Source of the DNA: Thermoproteota archaeon
Lineage (GTDB): Archaea; Korarchaeota; Korarchaeia; B14-G2
Assembly (NCBI GenBank): GCA_037917675.1
Contig: JAVCBW010000051.1
Location: 1-64,000 of the forward strand
DNA: 64,000 bases
Direction: 5' to 3'
Shown here: in pieces, positions 1-9,672 of the stretch
Position numbering within the stretch: the first letter of the stretch is position 1
Layout: each line of letters begins with the position of its first letter
Notes under the pieces: generated by a model
Databases searched by the model: none
What the model was told of the DNA's origin: nothing
Seen by the model: the letters and a program-made list of their open reading frames with translations, nothing else
Position numbers and translations under genes: made by a program

Positions 1-2
1 GG

Positions 3-191
3 AGAGTGAAGGAGCAGAGAGACAAAAAGAAGGTGGAAGAAGCACTACATCAGCTAAGGAAAGCAGCAGAAAGAGACGATAATATTGTTCCAGCAGCCAT
101 AAGTGCAGTCAAGGCATATTGTACCATCGGTGAGATCTCCCATGTCCTCAGGGAGGTTTATGGAGAGTACTCTCCTCCCTCTCTTCTGTGA
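3..191 (+). CDS. methylmalonyl-CoA mutase large subunit, C-terminal fragment (partial at window edge)
   Basis: AVKAYCTIGEISHVLREVYGEY is the typical MCM alpha-subunit C-terminus. Confidence 0.85.
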   Translation, partial: RVKEQRDKKKVEEALHQLRKAAERDDNIVPAAISAVKAYCTIGEISHVLREVYGEYSPPSLL

Positions 192-762
192 CGTCTCCTG
201 ATATCCTTATGACCACCTCCCTAAACTCCCTGCTGAAGCCCTTCAAGCTGGATAGGAAGGCTACTATCACTTCCCTGAGGACTTTGCTCACAAACGGGTT
301 CAGCGGTATCTCTCTGTCATCTACTTCAACCACAAGCTTTCTTCCAGCTTTGACTGAAAGCACTTTCTCCAGGACATCGCTTATGCTAGCCCCCCTTTCC
401 CACTCGGCTATAACCCTACCCTCCACCTCCCTAGAGCAGGGCTTCACTACTATCTTAGGGTAAGGCTCTTCTCCACACCCCTCTATGAGCACAACATCAA
501 CAGGAGGTAGCCTCTTTAGGATGTCTCTAGCTTTCATTCTTGGGAGCATTATTAGTGTCTCACCTCGCCCTATGCCTACTGTAGCGACTGCACCCATGCT
601 CCTATGCCTGAATGTATCTCTCCCCTCTATGTCAAATCTCTCTAGGTGAGTACACTTAACTGTAGCTACTCTGAGGCCTTTCTCAACAATCCTACTAATG
701 AGCTCCTCTATTAACTGGGTCTTGCCACTTCCCTTGTCTCCCACTACAGCTATAACTCTCAA
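148..762 (-). CDS. mobB: molybdopterin-guanine dinucleotide biosynthesis protein B
   Basis: N-terminal VVGDKGSGKT Walker A, VATVK, GRDT, DVVLIEG motifs. Confidence 0.85.
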   Translation of the reverse strand: MRVIAVVGDKGSGKTQLIEELISRIVEKGLRVATVKCTHLERFDIEGRDTFRHRSMGAVATVGIGRGETLIMLPRMKARDILKRLPPVDVVLIEGCGEEPYPKIVVKPCSREVEGRVIAEWERGASISDVLEKVLSVKAGRKLVVEVDDREIPLNPFVSKVLREVIVAFLSSLKGFSREFREVVIRISGDVTEEREESTLHKPP

Positions 763-776
763 GACGACACCATATG

Positions 777-1016
777 CTAGTCCTTAGTGCATATCAGGGT
801 ACAGGAGTCTATTACCTCCTTCATTCTCCTTATGGCTTTAACCGTGTTGTCTATTGCCTCCAAGTCAGGCCCCTGGAGCTTAGCTATTATGTCATAGTCA
901 CCATATGTTATGTAAGCCTCCCTGACCCTCTTCATCCTCCTAATAGCATTGAGAGCTTCAAGCTCCTGACCTGTGTACGTTGATATCAAGACGAAAGCTG
1001 TCACATCTCCACTCAT
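777..1016 (-). CDS. stand-alone Lrp/AsnC ligand-binding (RAM) domain protein
   Basis: AFVLI...YITYGDYDIIAK...IR pattern, 79 aa, no HTH. Confidence 0.85.
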   Translation of the reverse strand: MSGDVTAFVLISTYTGQELEALNAIRRMKRVREAYITYGDYDIIAKLQGPDLEAIDNTVKAIRRMKEVIDSCTLICTKD

Positions 1017-1044
1017 GTGAATCCCAACCCACAGCCTCTAACGA

Positions 1045-1053
1045 ATTTAAAAG
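1045..1053. promoter_or_regulatory. TATA-like element between divergent Lrp-like and Clp1 genes
   Basis: ATTTAAAAG about 30 nt upstream of the Lrp-like start codon. Confidence 0.45.
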
Positions 1054-1126
1054 CATAACCTAATACTCTAGACAGCAGCTGTAAGCTAAGAAAGCCCTAG
1101 GCTACAGGGATGCTAGGAATATAGGG

Positions 1127-2431
1127 GTGTGCCAGGTGGTAACTGAGGCTGCTGCAGGGGGTAGCTTGCTAAGCGCTTTCAAAGCGTCTCTATCTAGAGG
1201 AGAAAACATGATAATCAAGGGACCAGCAAAGATAAAGGTTCTAAAGGGAATGATAGAGGTGTTTGCATGCCCTGTGGAAGAGGGATCTGAGCTCACAATA
1301 CCACTAGGGAAGCAGGCTCCAGTAGCTGGTGTAGAGAATTCCGAGATAAAGGTCTATGCCAAAACCCCACCTGAGCATGCAGCAAGCAACCCCATCCCAG
1401 AATCATGGAAGATGCTTGCAGAGGAGCTGGCTGCCCAGCAGACAGCAGTCTGCATGGTTGTTGGCGCACCTGACTCTGGAAAGAGCAGCCTAACACTCTT
1501 TCTTGCAAACAGGCTGGCTAGAGAAGGGAGAGCCGTTGGCATAGTAGACTCTGACATAGGCCAGTCTGACATAGGTCCTCCTGGCGTGATCGGGGCTGCA
1601 GTCCTAAGAGCTCCAGTTCCATCATATAGCTCTATACCCCTGCTAGACGGGTGGTTCATAGGAGACAAGACTCCAGCAGGCCATCTGCTTCAAGTAGTAG
1701 TAGGAGCATATAAGATGCTAGAGAAGTGCAAGCAAGCTGGTGCAACCCACATAATAGTAAATACTTCAGGCATGGTTTATGGTGGCGCTGCGAGAGCTCT
1801 CAAGGAATCTAAGATAGAGCTCATATCTCCAACACACCTAGCTGCATTAGAGGCTCGAGGCGAGCTCAGCCACATACTGAAGCCTCTACCTAAATCAATA
1901 GAGCGCGTACCTCTCAAGGTCTCTAGGTATTCTAGGGAGACAGGGAGGCCTGAGAGAGCATTTCTGAGAGAGAGCTCTATGAGGAGGTTCATGAAGGGCT
2001 CTAAGAGCATCACAATCGACATGTGCGAAGTAACCTTGAAGCAGACCATACTAGGGACTGGAAGAGAGCTCACCAAGGAAGAGCTATCTGTGCTCAGGGC
2101 TCAGACTGGTTTAAGCATACAGTATGCTGAGGAGTCAGCAGACTGCATGCTAGCTATAGCAGACGGCAGCAGGCTACACGAGAGAGTTATATGTGGGAAG
2201 CTGACCAAGGTGGTTCCTAGATCTGCTTTTTCAGGCCTCTATATAGGCCTGATGGGAGAAGGCACCCTGCTAGGCGTGGGGGTATTGACGGGCATAGATC
2301 CTGCTAGAAGGAGGCTCTCTGCCAAGGCAGCAGTATTTAAGCAGGGGAGTATATCGTCAGTAGCCATCGGGTACCTATACCTCACTGAAGATGGGAGGGA
2401 ACTAGGTAGAAGGAGGCCTGGAGACCTCTGA
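1127..2431 (+). CDS. Clp1/Grc3/Nol9-family polynucleotide 5'-kinase (true start probably somewhat downstream)
   Basis: GAPDSGKS Walker A, DSDIGQSDIGPPG, VNTSG motifs. Confidence 0.85.
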   Translation: MCQVVTEAAAGGSLLSAFKASLSRGENMIIKGPAKIKVLKGMIEVFACPVEEGSELTIPLGKQAPVAGVENSEIKVYAKTPPEHAASNPIPESWKMLAEELAAQQTAVCMVVGAPDSGKSSLTLFLANRLAREGRAVGIVDSDIGQSDIGPPGVIGAAVLRAPVPSYSSIPLLDGWFIGDKTPAGHLLQVVVGAYKMLEKCKQAGATHIIVNTSGMVYGGAARALKESKIELISPTHLAALEARGELSHILKPLPKSIERVPLKVSRYSRETGRPERAFLRESSMRRFMKGSKSITIDMCEVTLKQTILGTGRELTKEELSVLRAQTGLSIQYAEESADCMLAIADGSRLHERVICGKLTKVVPRSAFSGLYIGLMGEGTLLGVGVLTGIDPARRRLSAKAAVFKQGSISSVAIGYLYLTEDGRELGRRRPGDL

Positions 2432-2470
2432 AAGCAACCTTTAAAAGCTGGCACATACCCTTCCGCTAGC

Positions 2471-3772
2471 ATGTCACCTAGGCTTTACACTATACCTCTA
2501 ATACTGGCCATGGTGGCTCAGCTGGCGTTAGCCTCAGCTAGCAGAGCTCAGGGGGCAGCTGCTGTAGTTGTCAGCGATAACGTCGCTGATAAAGCTTCAG
2601 CTAGCCTCCTATCAGCAGTAATAGAGAGGTTTTACTTCGATGTCGACGTGATCACAACAGAGTGGGGGGAAATCTCTTCTGATACCCTTGCTCTGCTAGC
2701 TTCATATAGCCTAGTATATGTTGTTGGAGGGCCTCTAGCTGTCCCACCTAAAGTCGAGCTTACACTAGGGAATGAGAGTGTGATAAGGCTATACGGAGAG
2801 GACAGGGTAGAGACCTCCCTTGCAGTCTTAAGAGAAGTACTAGCTATTACTCCACTACCTATTTCCTCTGTGGTTATCGCAGACGGGTACAGCACGCAGT
2901 CAGTTGAGGCAGGGGAATCTCTTGCAGAAGCAACATTACTCCCTCTCGTGCTGGTATCTACACCTAAGCTGCATGAGGTGGCAGATGAGCTAAGGAAGAT
3001 GAACATAAAAGAGGCTATCATAGCAGACAGCAGGCTAGCTGAGAGTCTAAGCAGCTCTCAGCTCAAGCTCCTGGAACCGAGTGTCTTAGAAGATGTTATC
3101 AGAGGGAGGATTGCCAGCTTGAAGAGCACTACTCCAGCAAACCAGAGCCTACTTGAGGAGCAGCTGAGGAAGTGCTATATCCTTAGAGGAGAGGCCTATC
3201 TGAAGGCTGGGATGTTAGATGAAGCCATAATCAGCATGCTAGCAGCAGAGCTCTGCTCACCAGCCCTACCTGTAGTAGACTCATGTCAGTTCGCTCCGAT
3301 ACGCTGGAGACTACTGTGTAAAGAAAACCTTCTCGCTCAGGTCATAGCTATCAAGTCGAATCTCTATCTGGCTACCACGCTCTCAAAGTATGCTAGCATA
3401 TCTGTATCTGAAGCTACTGGACTAGCTAGCTCTCTCCTCTCTACAGCCCTAGAGTTTCTCAGCTCTGGGAGGAGATCAGAGGCTATACACTTACTCTCAT
3501 CCTCCAGAGAGCTCTCTGAGTACATCTTAGAAGAGGCTATAGAGGAGGTCGAGAAGAATACAAGCATCACTGATGCTCTGAGAGTTAAGCTAGCATACAT
3601 GAAGGCTCAAGCCTTGATAGCTGGAGGAGAGGAAGCCCCCTTGGCTCTGCCAGCTATAATCATAGAGAAAGCTGAGGCAGCCTTCCTAAATGGCGACATC
3701 ATAGCTTCTATGCTGCTGGCAGAGGAAGCGGAGAGGCCGCTGAAATCTCAGCTTCAGGCTCCAAGAGGATAG
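2471..3772 (+). CDS. secreted/surface protein with cell-wall-binding repeat 2 (CWB2)-like region
   Basis: Signal peptide; VVGGPLAV...RLYGEDRVETS...IADG motif resembles CW_binding_2. Confidence 0.6.
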   Translation: MSPRLYTIPLILAMVAQLALASASRAQGAAAVVVSDNVADKASASLLSAVIERFYFDVDVITTEWGEISSDTLALLASYSLVYVVGGPLAVPPKVELTLGNESVIRLYGEDRVETSLAVLREVLAITPLPISSVVIADGYSTQSVEAGESLAEATLLPLVLVSTPKLHEVADELRKMNIKEAIIADSRLAESLSSSQLKLLEPSVLEDVIRGRIASLKSTTPANQSLLEEQLRKCYILRGEAYLKAGMLDEAIISMLAAELCSPALPVVDSCQFAPIRWRLLCKENLLAQVIAIKSNLYLATTLSKYASISVSEATGLASSLLSTALEFLSSGRRSEAIHLLSSSRELSEYILEEAIEEVEKNTSITDALRVKLAYMKAQALIAGGEEAPLALPAIIIEKAEAAFLNGDIIASMLLAEEAERPLKSQLQAPRG

Positions 3773-3774
3773 GG

Positions 3775-4365
3775 ATGAAGGCAGGCAGCCCGGCTAAGCT
3801 GATATGGGATGTAGCTAGGAGACTAGCTGAGCGAGGGCTCACTCCTCCTGGCACTGGGAATGTAAGCATGCTCTCTGCTAACCTAGTCTATATAACTCCG
3901 GCTAAAGGAGGGCTGAGGGATCTCAGAGACCTCAGAGAGGAGGAGATCTCTGTAGTATCCCTGGAGGGTGAGGTTCTGAAGGGGCCGCAGCCATCGACAG
4001 AGCTCCCTACCCACTTGATGATATACCAGAGGTGCAGTAGAGAAGTCTCTGCAATAGTACATGCTCACCCCCAATATGCTACAGCATATGCTCATGTAGG
4101 CATGATGCCAGCGTATACAGCTGAAGCGATGCGTCTCAGGGTCGAGGTTATTCCATACTATCCTCCTGGCTCACAGGAGCTTGCTAAGGCATGCTCTGAA
4201 GCTGTCTCAAGGGGGGCACGCACACTGATACTGGCTAAGCATGGAGTGCTGACTGTTGGAGAGGAGCTAGCTGAAGCCTATGCTAGGCTAGAACTCATGG
4301 AATATCTCTGTAGGCTTGACTTCATCTCCAGGGCAGCTAGGCAGCTACTTATGGACTCTGACTAG
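3775..4365 (+). CDS. class II aldolase/adducin family protein (FucA-like)
   Basis: GNVS, PSTELPTH, VHAH, HG zinc-binding motifs. Confidence 0.85.
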   Translation: MKAGSPAKLIWDVARRLAERGLTPPGTGNVSMLSANLVYITPAKGGLRDLRDLREEEISVVSLEGEVLKGPQPSTELPTHLMIYQRCSREVSAIVHAHPQYATAYAHVGMMPAYTAEAMRLRVEVIPYYPPGSQELAKACSEAVSRGARTLILAKHGVLTVGEELAEAYARLELMEYLCRLDFISRAARQLLMDSD

Positions 4366-5004
4366 GAAGACCCTCCTAGGTCTCTCAGCAGTCTCTCCAA
4401 GGTAGACTATAGAGGCTATAGCCTGGTAGTCAGCGCTGTTAGCGACCTTAGCATAGGAAAGCTGCCCCCTAACCTTTGCAGCTGTCTTCCTCCAATCCTC
4501 CTGCGGGAACATGTATCCTCTACACTCAACCATGACCACGCTGCTTATCTCCTCAAACCTCTCTTCAAGCAGAGATCCCCTCACATCTGCTAGGAAGTCA
4601 GCGTTAGCAGGCCTCCAGACGCTACCTGAGCCAGGCAGCCTAATGAGGCAGCTCACACCAAGCTTCGATAAGATAGCTGCTGTAACAGCTTCACCCAGGC
4701 TTTTACACACGCTGTTAGTATGATATCTGTAGTAGGGTGGTGGTCTAGGGAACACGGATCTAGCTAAAATCAGAGCTTTCCTCACCTGAGGCTCCCAGCC
4801 TGCATCCCAGCCACAGTAGCTTATCATCTGAAGGCTAGCTCCTTCAACATAATCCTGTGAGTAGCACCATGAGTAGTACTCTGCTTCAAATCCTCTCAGC
4901 TCAACATCCACATGCCCTAAGTCTACTGGAGGCCTTCCTGGGCTAGTATAGTCCATTAAAGCTACTCTAAAACTGTAAGCTGAATGCATGCCTAGGCTTA
5001 TCAC
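4345..5004 (-). CDS. hypothetical protein, possible PD-(D/E)xK nuclease-like fold
   Basis: 219 aa ORF coupled to upstream gene; LGE...ADFL...VECRG pattern. Confidence 0.5.
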   Translation of the reverse strand: MISLGMHSAYSFRVALMDYTSPGRPPVDLGHVDVELRGFEAEYYSWCYSQDYVEGASLQMISYCGWDAGWEPQVRKALILARSVFPRPPPYYRYHTNSVCKSLGEAVTAAILSKLGVSCLIRLPGSGSVWRPANADFLADVRGSLLEERFEEISSVVMVECRGYMFPQEDWRKTAAKVRGQLSYAKVANSADYQAIASIVYLGETAERPRRVFLVRVHK

Positions 5005-6926
5005 CTGCTCTCCCCCTCTCTAGCCTCCTCAAGTATCTTCCTGAAAATCTCTTCGGTAGAGGGCTCTGCTGTAGGGCCTGATATAGGTCTCTCTGGGCCT
5101 GATATAGGTTTTTCAATGCCCTTAGGCCACTCCTCTCCCTCCCTTCTTCTCCTAGCTATCGCTAGAAGCACTATAAGAGACGTCACCAGGATGGTGGAGA
5201 TGATCAAAGCAGGCATCAGGATGCTGCCCCCAAAGACCCTGGCTCTAGTTGCATTGCCTGCTTGCCTGCCTCTAGAAGCCTCTTTAGAGAGGGAGGTGGC
5301 TGTATGGGTCTCTTCACTAGGCTTCATAGTTTCAACAACTATCCTCCTGCTTGCCTTAGCCAGAACAGCCCCAGAGTAGTAGACTTTAGCCTCCAGATCT
5401 CCTTCTCCACTCCCTATGAACGTTACGTTCAAGGCAACATCAGCTGAATCCCCCTCTTTGATGAACAGCCTTCTCCTAGCAGCCTTGATGAGCTTTCCAG
5501 AAACCTCCACCTCAAACTCTCCCTTTTTAACGCCTACATTAAGCACCCTGACTATGACAGTGGCGTTTTCGCCTTCAACAGCATGTTCAGGCGCCTCCAT
5601 AATCCACAGCCTGGCTCCAAGAGACGATACCCTACATCTTATGCTCTTCTCGCTCAGAATTATCCTGTAAGTCAGTATCCTAACTTTTATGCTCCCATCG
5701 CCTTCCTTAGCTGGAGTAAATGTTAGATTGACCAGAGTGAAGGCTCTAGGCTCTAGCTTAGCTACACCAGTATACATGAACGAGAATCCCTCAACTGAAA
5801 GAGTCACATTAATCTCATATTGGTTCCTGTTGTATATCTCGATGAGCATCGGGTAGCTCTCTTCGACCAGCATCTCCATGCAGCCTTCGATCTCGACTCT
5901 AGAGATCTCTATGCCATGAAAGTCCCATATGTAGAGGTGGCAGTCCTCTGAGCCTACTACAATAGTTTTACCATCGTCTGATATGGCTACAGCTGTAGGC
6001 TCCCCTGCCATTCTGCTATAAGCCCAGAGGAAGCCTCCCTCGGTGCTTATGCTGGCTAAGCTGAGGTTGGAGAGGCCAGCTATAATGTATCCACCAGACT
6101 TTGCTGCTGCAACAACCTTAGCAGCTCCACTAACCTTGTACTCAGCTAGCTTAGCTCCAGATGAGTCTAGGATGAGGATCCTCCCATCAGAGGTTGATGT
6201 CACTATCTTGCTTACCTCAGTTACATCCACTGAAAGAACTGTGCTCCCAAGCTGTATCTCGTTCACGTATCTCCCAGACTTGACCACTAAGCTTCCTCCT
6301 AGAGTTCCAGCTGCAACTATCGTAGCTCTCTCAGAGCTGCTTAGGCAGGTTAGTGTGTCATTCAGCACAAGCTTCCAGTCGACTCCCCCGCTCAAATTCA
6401 GGGCATATACAGCCATACCTCCACCAACTATCACCATGTGCCTTAGCTCAAGTGCAGCTATGCTCTTTACAGCATACTCGAGCTTAGCTACAGTTTTCAG
6501 AATATAGCTAGCCCCTCCACCTACTCTCTCAAATATGACGACTTTGCCTTCTAGAGTACCTGCTGCCGCTATCTCACCACTAGATGACAGCGAAACAGAT
6601 GTAACATGGCTTCCAACCTTAACTCTGCTGATGACGTCTCCAGTTGTCACATTCACTATAGCAAGGAGGCCATCAGCTGTACCACATAAGGCAAGCTCCC
6701 CAGCTGAGTCTAGGCTTGTGACAGCTTTTCCAAGACGTATCCTCCATTTCAGCATGCCATCAGACACACCATAAACTTCTCCTGTCCTAGTTCCTGCGAT
6801 AACAAGCTTACCCCCTGGAGCTACCGAGCAGCAGGAGACTCCAGAGTCTAGCTCAACAACCCACGTTGGCTGAAGCTCTCCCTGCATGGATGCGAGAAGA
6901 GCTAGCAGGATAAGCAACCTAGCCAT
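5001..6926 (-). CDS. membrane-anchored WD40/PQQ beta-propeller protein with Ig-like (CARDB-type) domains
   Basis: Signal peptide, repeated V.S..S..G....AGT..G.V units ending in GSEDCHLYIWD, two beta-sandwich regions, C-terminal TM followed by RRRR. Confidence 0.75.
   Translation of the reverse strand: MARLLILLALLASMQGELQPTWVVELDSGVSCCSVAPGGKLVIAGTRTGEVYGVSDGMLKWRIRLGKAVTSLDSAGELALCGTADGLLAIVNVTTGDVISRVKVGSHVTSVSLSSSGEIAAAGTLEGKVVIFERVGGGASYILKTVAKLEYAVKSIAALELRHMVIVGGGMAVYALNLSGGVDWKLVLNDTLTCLSSSERATIVAAGTLGGSLVVKSGRYVNEIQLGSTVLSVDVTEVSKIVTSTSDGRILILDSSGAKLAEYKVSGAAKVVAAAKSGGYIIAGLSNLSLASISTEGGFLWAYSRMAGEPTAVAISDDGKTIVVGSEDCHLYIWDFHGIEISRVEIEGCMEMLVEESYPMLIEIYNRNQYEINVTLSVEGFSFMYTGVAKLEPRAFTLVNLTFTPAKEGDGSIKVRILTYRIILSEKSIRCRVSSLGARLWIMEAPEHAVEGENATVIVRVLNVGVKKGEFEVEVSGKLIKAARRRLFIKEGDSADVALNVTFIGSGEGDLEAKVYYSGAVLAKASRRIVVETMKPSEETHTATSLSKEASRGRQAGNATRARVFGGSILMPALIISTILVTSLIVLLAIARRRREGEEWPKGIEKPISGPERPISGPTAEPSTEEIFRKILEEAREGESR
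5074..5109. repeat. 15-bp direct repeat (GGGCCTGATATAGGT x2, 21-nt period) encoding PISGP twice
   Basis: Copies at 5074-5088 and 5095-5109 in the cytoplasmic tail coding region. Confidence 0.85.
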
Positions 6927-6968
6927 GCTCTCCCATCTATCTTGCTAAGCTAGTATATAGGTGTTGGC

Positions 6969-8153
6969 TTACTCGACATGCTCTCTGAACAAGTCTATGT
7001 CCAGCTCCCTTTTCTCGAACTCCATCAGGAACTCCCTGACTGCTCTCTCGACATCTCTAGACTGAGTTATATACCTTCCGACTATCACTATGTCAGCTCC
7101 AAGCCTAAGAGCCTCCCTAACGTTCTCAGGGACTATTCCTCCAGCTACAGCTACAAGAAGCCTCCTACCATATACTTCTCTTATCTTCTCAATGAGATGC
7201 CACCTTATGTCTCGTCCTGCCTCATCTACTCCTCTGTGGACTATGACCCCAGATGGGAGCTTCTCAAGCTTCTCAAGTATAGAGATCGGATCACTTACTC
7301 CAAGCATGTCTATGAAAGAGTAGATGCCAAGCCTATCAGCTTCATAGACAAACTTGTTGAGGGTCTCAATTGGTGCTAGCCCTGATGCGACAACACCGTC
7401 AGCAGTCTCCTCAAAGGCTATGTCCACCTCAACCTTCCCGACATCGAGTGTCTTCAAGTCTGCCACTATGAACACGTCTGGAGAGACCTCTCTGATCCTC
7501 CTTATGACAGAGGCGCCATACCTCTTGATGAGAGGTGTCCCAGCTTCAAGTATTATCGTGTCGCTCTTAGGTATCTGCTTCACGACCTCTATGACTCTGC
7601 TTAGGTTCGGTATGTCTAAGGCTATTTGGAGATATGGTGGGTTCCACAGCCTAGGCACCCTATAGCCGAGAACTGGATGTATTGCTCTATCCTTGTCATA
7701 CATTATCTTCTCTAAGCTAGGGTAGCTTTGCATAGCTCTCTTTAAGGCCAGCTTTGTAGCAGAGTAGTTGTAGTGGTATATCCTCCTATAGTCTTTAGCC
7801 TGAGGATGTATGAAGACGCTACAGATTATGATCCACTCATCAACTTTGTCCTTAGGGATTATGCCCTCCTCTACAGCGTCGGCTACAGCTTTAGCTACAG
7901 CAGCCTGAGCAGGCCCGAATATCTTCTCAGCATCACTCATACCTCTTATAGTCACCTTCGGTATTATCAGAGTGAAGGGCTTGCAGGGGAGGTTAGGCCT
8001 TATAACAGCTAGGAGTGGTGTGTGCCCAGCTGAGCAGTGAGCTAGCCCTGCTGCAAAGGCCTGGCCGACAGGACCGCTTTTGCTGCCAATAATGAGGTCT
8101 ATGTGAGCTACCTCAGGCCCCTTACCTACCAGAGCTTCACCGATCAGCATCAT
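6969..8153 (-). CDS. fae-hps: bifunctional formaldehyde-activating enzyme / 3-hexulose-6-phosphate synthase
   Basis: [27 protein letters not shown] (Fae); [22 protein letters not shown] (Hps). Confidence 0.95.
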   Translation of the reverse strand: MMLIGEALVGKGPEVAHIDLIIGSKSGPVGQAFAAGLAHCSAGHTPLLAVIRPNLPCKPFTLIIPKVTIRGMSDAEKIFGPAQAAVAKAVADAVEEGIIPKDKVDEWIIICSVFIHPQAKDYRRIYHYNYSATKLALKRAMQSYPSLEKIMYDKDRAIHPVLGYRVPRLWNPPYLQIALDIPNLSRVIEVVKQIPKSDTIILEAGTPLIKRYGASVIRRIREVSPDVFIVADLKTLDVGKVEVDIAFEETADGVVASGLAPIETLNKFVYEADRLGIYSFIDMLGVSDPISILEKLEKLPSGVIVHRGVDEAGRDIRWHLIEKIREVYGRRLLVAVAGGIVPENVREALRLGADIVIVGRYITQSRDVERAVREFLMEFEKRELDIDLFREHVE

Positions 8154-8193
8154 CTAGCAGCCCTAACCCCCTGCTGTAGCTGGGCTATTAAAA

Positions 8194-8255
8194 GGTGGTC
8201 GGCTCAGGTCGGTTTCATCACAGTAGTGCTCAGAGCCGTCACTTTTCTTCATCCC
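8194..8255 (-). ncRNA. box C/D methylation guide sRNA
   Basis: Minus strand: C ATGAAGA (8252-8246), D' CTGA (8233-8230), C' GTGATGA (8221-8215), D CCGA (8202-8199) or CTGA (8207-8204); TTTTAAG about 25 nt upstream and a T-run downstream. Confidence 0.75.
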
Positions 8256-8284
8256 AGCTAATTGTGCTGGGGGTGCTTAAAAGC

Positions 8285-9295
8285 CTACCTGGCTACTTCA
8301 ACCAGCCTCCTAGTCATAACCTCAAGCTTGACTATAGTAGCATCGCTGACAGGCCCCTTGACGAGGATTTTTCCATTCACCTCCTTACCCTTCAACCCAA
8401 GCTCCCCTAGAGCTTCCTCCACGTTATCTGGCAGCCTACTCCAGCAGGCATTTCCACACTGGCTACACCTGCCTCTAGCCCAGCAAAGCCCAGCGCAAGG
8501 CACCTCGTATGTCCTAGCTGAAGCACAGCATGCCTGCCCTAGTGGTGTAAGCCCAGCCTCAAGCGACGCCCTCATCACCTTAAGCTTCAGATCTCTCCCT
8601 CTAATGTACCTCTGCCTTCTATCGAGCCTGTAAACTCTCCTTAAAACCTCACTACAGTCTACTCCACTCCTCTTCAGCCTCTCTACTATCCTGCTAGTCA
8701 CCCTAAGGGAGCCTACCACAACACCTAGAGCTCCACTCTCCCTAGCTTCTCCAATGATATCAGCTACCTCAACTTCTGTCACACCAGGTATGATAGGCCG
8801 TAGAAACAGGTATGGGTATGCTCCAGCTCTCCTAAGCTGGCTTATTAGCTCCATCCTCTCTCTAGGTGGGGGGGCACCTGGCTCCAGTAATCCAGCATAC
8901 CTCACTGTACACACTGAAACCAGGACGTTAACTCCTCTAAGCGGTGAAGGGTCTTCTAGAGCCTTCCACTTGGTAGCTACCTGTATCGGGTTGCCTAGTG
9001 TCCTGAGAGCTTCAATGAACTCAGCTGTTTTCCTGTAGACCATTGGATGAAGGGGCTCACAGACGCTCCCGATAGCTAGGAAGGTACCCATCCTCCCCTC
9101 AACAAAGTAGGGGTTTGCTCTGATCTCCTTGACAAGCTCCTCTCCACTCAGCTTGCTTACTCTAACCCCTCTCACCCCCATCTCTGGGACATAGCAGTAT
9201 ACACAGCCTAAACTGCAGCCTAGCGCAGGGTGTACTGTAAGCCCACATGGCCTAGGCTTCCTGTATGCATGCCTACTGGGATCTCTCCTAGCCAA
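8285..9295 (-). CDS. radical SAM protein (SPL-like family)
   Basis: CSLGCVYC motif; EPGAPPP..R signature. Confidence 0.85.
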   Translation of the reverse strand: MARRDPSRHAYRKPRPCGLTVHPALGCSLGCVYCYVPEMGVRGVRVSKLSGEELVKEIRANPYFVEGRMGTFLAIGSVCEPLHPMVYRKTAEFIEALRTLGNPIQVATKWKALEDPSPLRGVNVLVSVCTVRYAGLLEPGAPPPRERMELISQLRRAGAYPYLFLRPIIPGVTEVEVADIIGEARESGALGVVVGSLRVTSRIVERLKRSGVDCSEVLRRVYRLDRRQRYIRGRDLKLKVMRASLEAGLTPLGQACCASARTYEVPCAGLCWARGRCSQCGNACWSRLPDNVEEALGELGLKGKEVNGKILVKGPVSDATIVKLEVMTRRLVEVAR

Positions 9296-9348
9296 CTCAG
9301 CTGAAGACCACCTAGCATCTATTAAAAGTCCTATGTCTTAACTAGCAC

Positions 9349-9672
9349 ATGCAGGTGAGAGTCGTCAGGAACCAGGATGTTAGAAGGGTTCTCATAGGGA
9401 TCCCAAGGGAGCATAGGCATATCAGAGTAATCTTGGACATAGGAGACGCTATGCTTGTCCTCCAGGAGGCTACTGTCTCAAACATCATGAGAGCTTTCCT
9501 GAACATTCTGCTCCACCCGCAGAGGGCTGCTATAGAGCTGAAGTGCACTAAGCTCAAAGAGAGGAAGAGCGGCTACGCAGAGTATCAGCTTATAGAGTCT
9601 GATAGGAGTGAGAAAGATGTTTTAGCTGAGATTAGCAAGATAATAGCTGGTGGATGCCATGCTGGTCTTTGA
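9349..9672 (+). CDS. conserved hypothetical protein
   Basis: 107 aa ORF, TATA-like TATTAAAA upstream, coupled to next gene. Confidence 0.65.
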   Translation: MQVRVVRNQDVRRVLIGIPREHRHIRVILDIGDAMLVLQEATVSNIMRAFLNILLHPQRAAIELKCTKLKERKSGYAEYQLIESDRSEKDVLAEISKIIAGGCHAGL

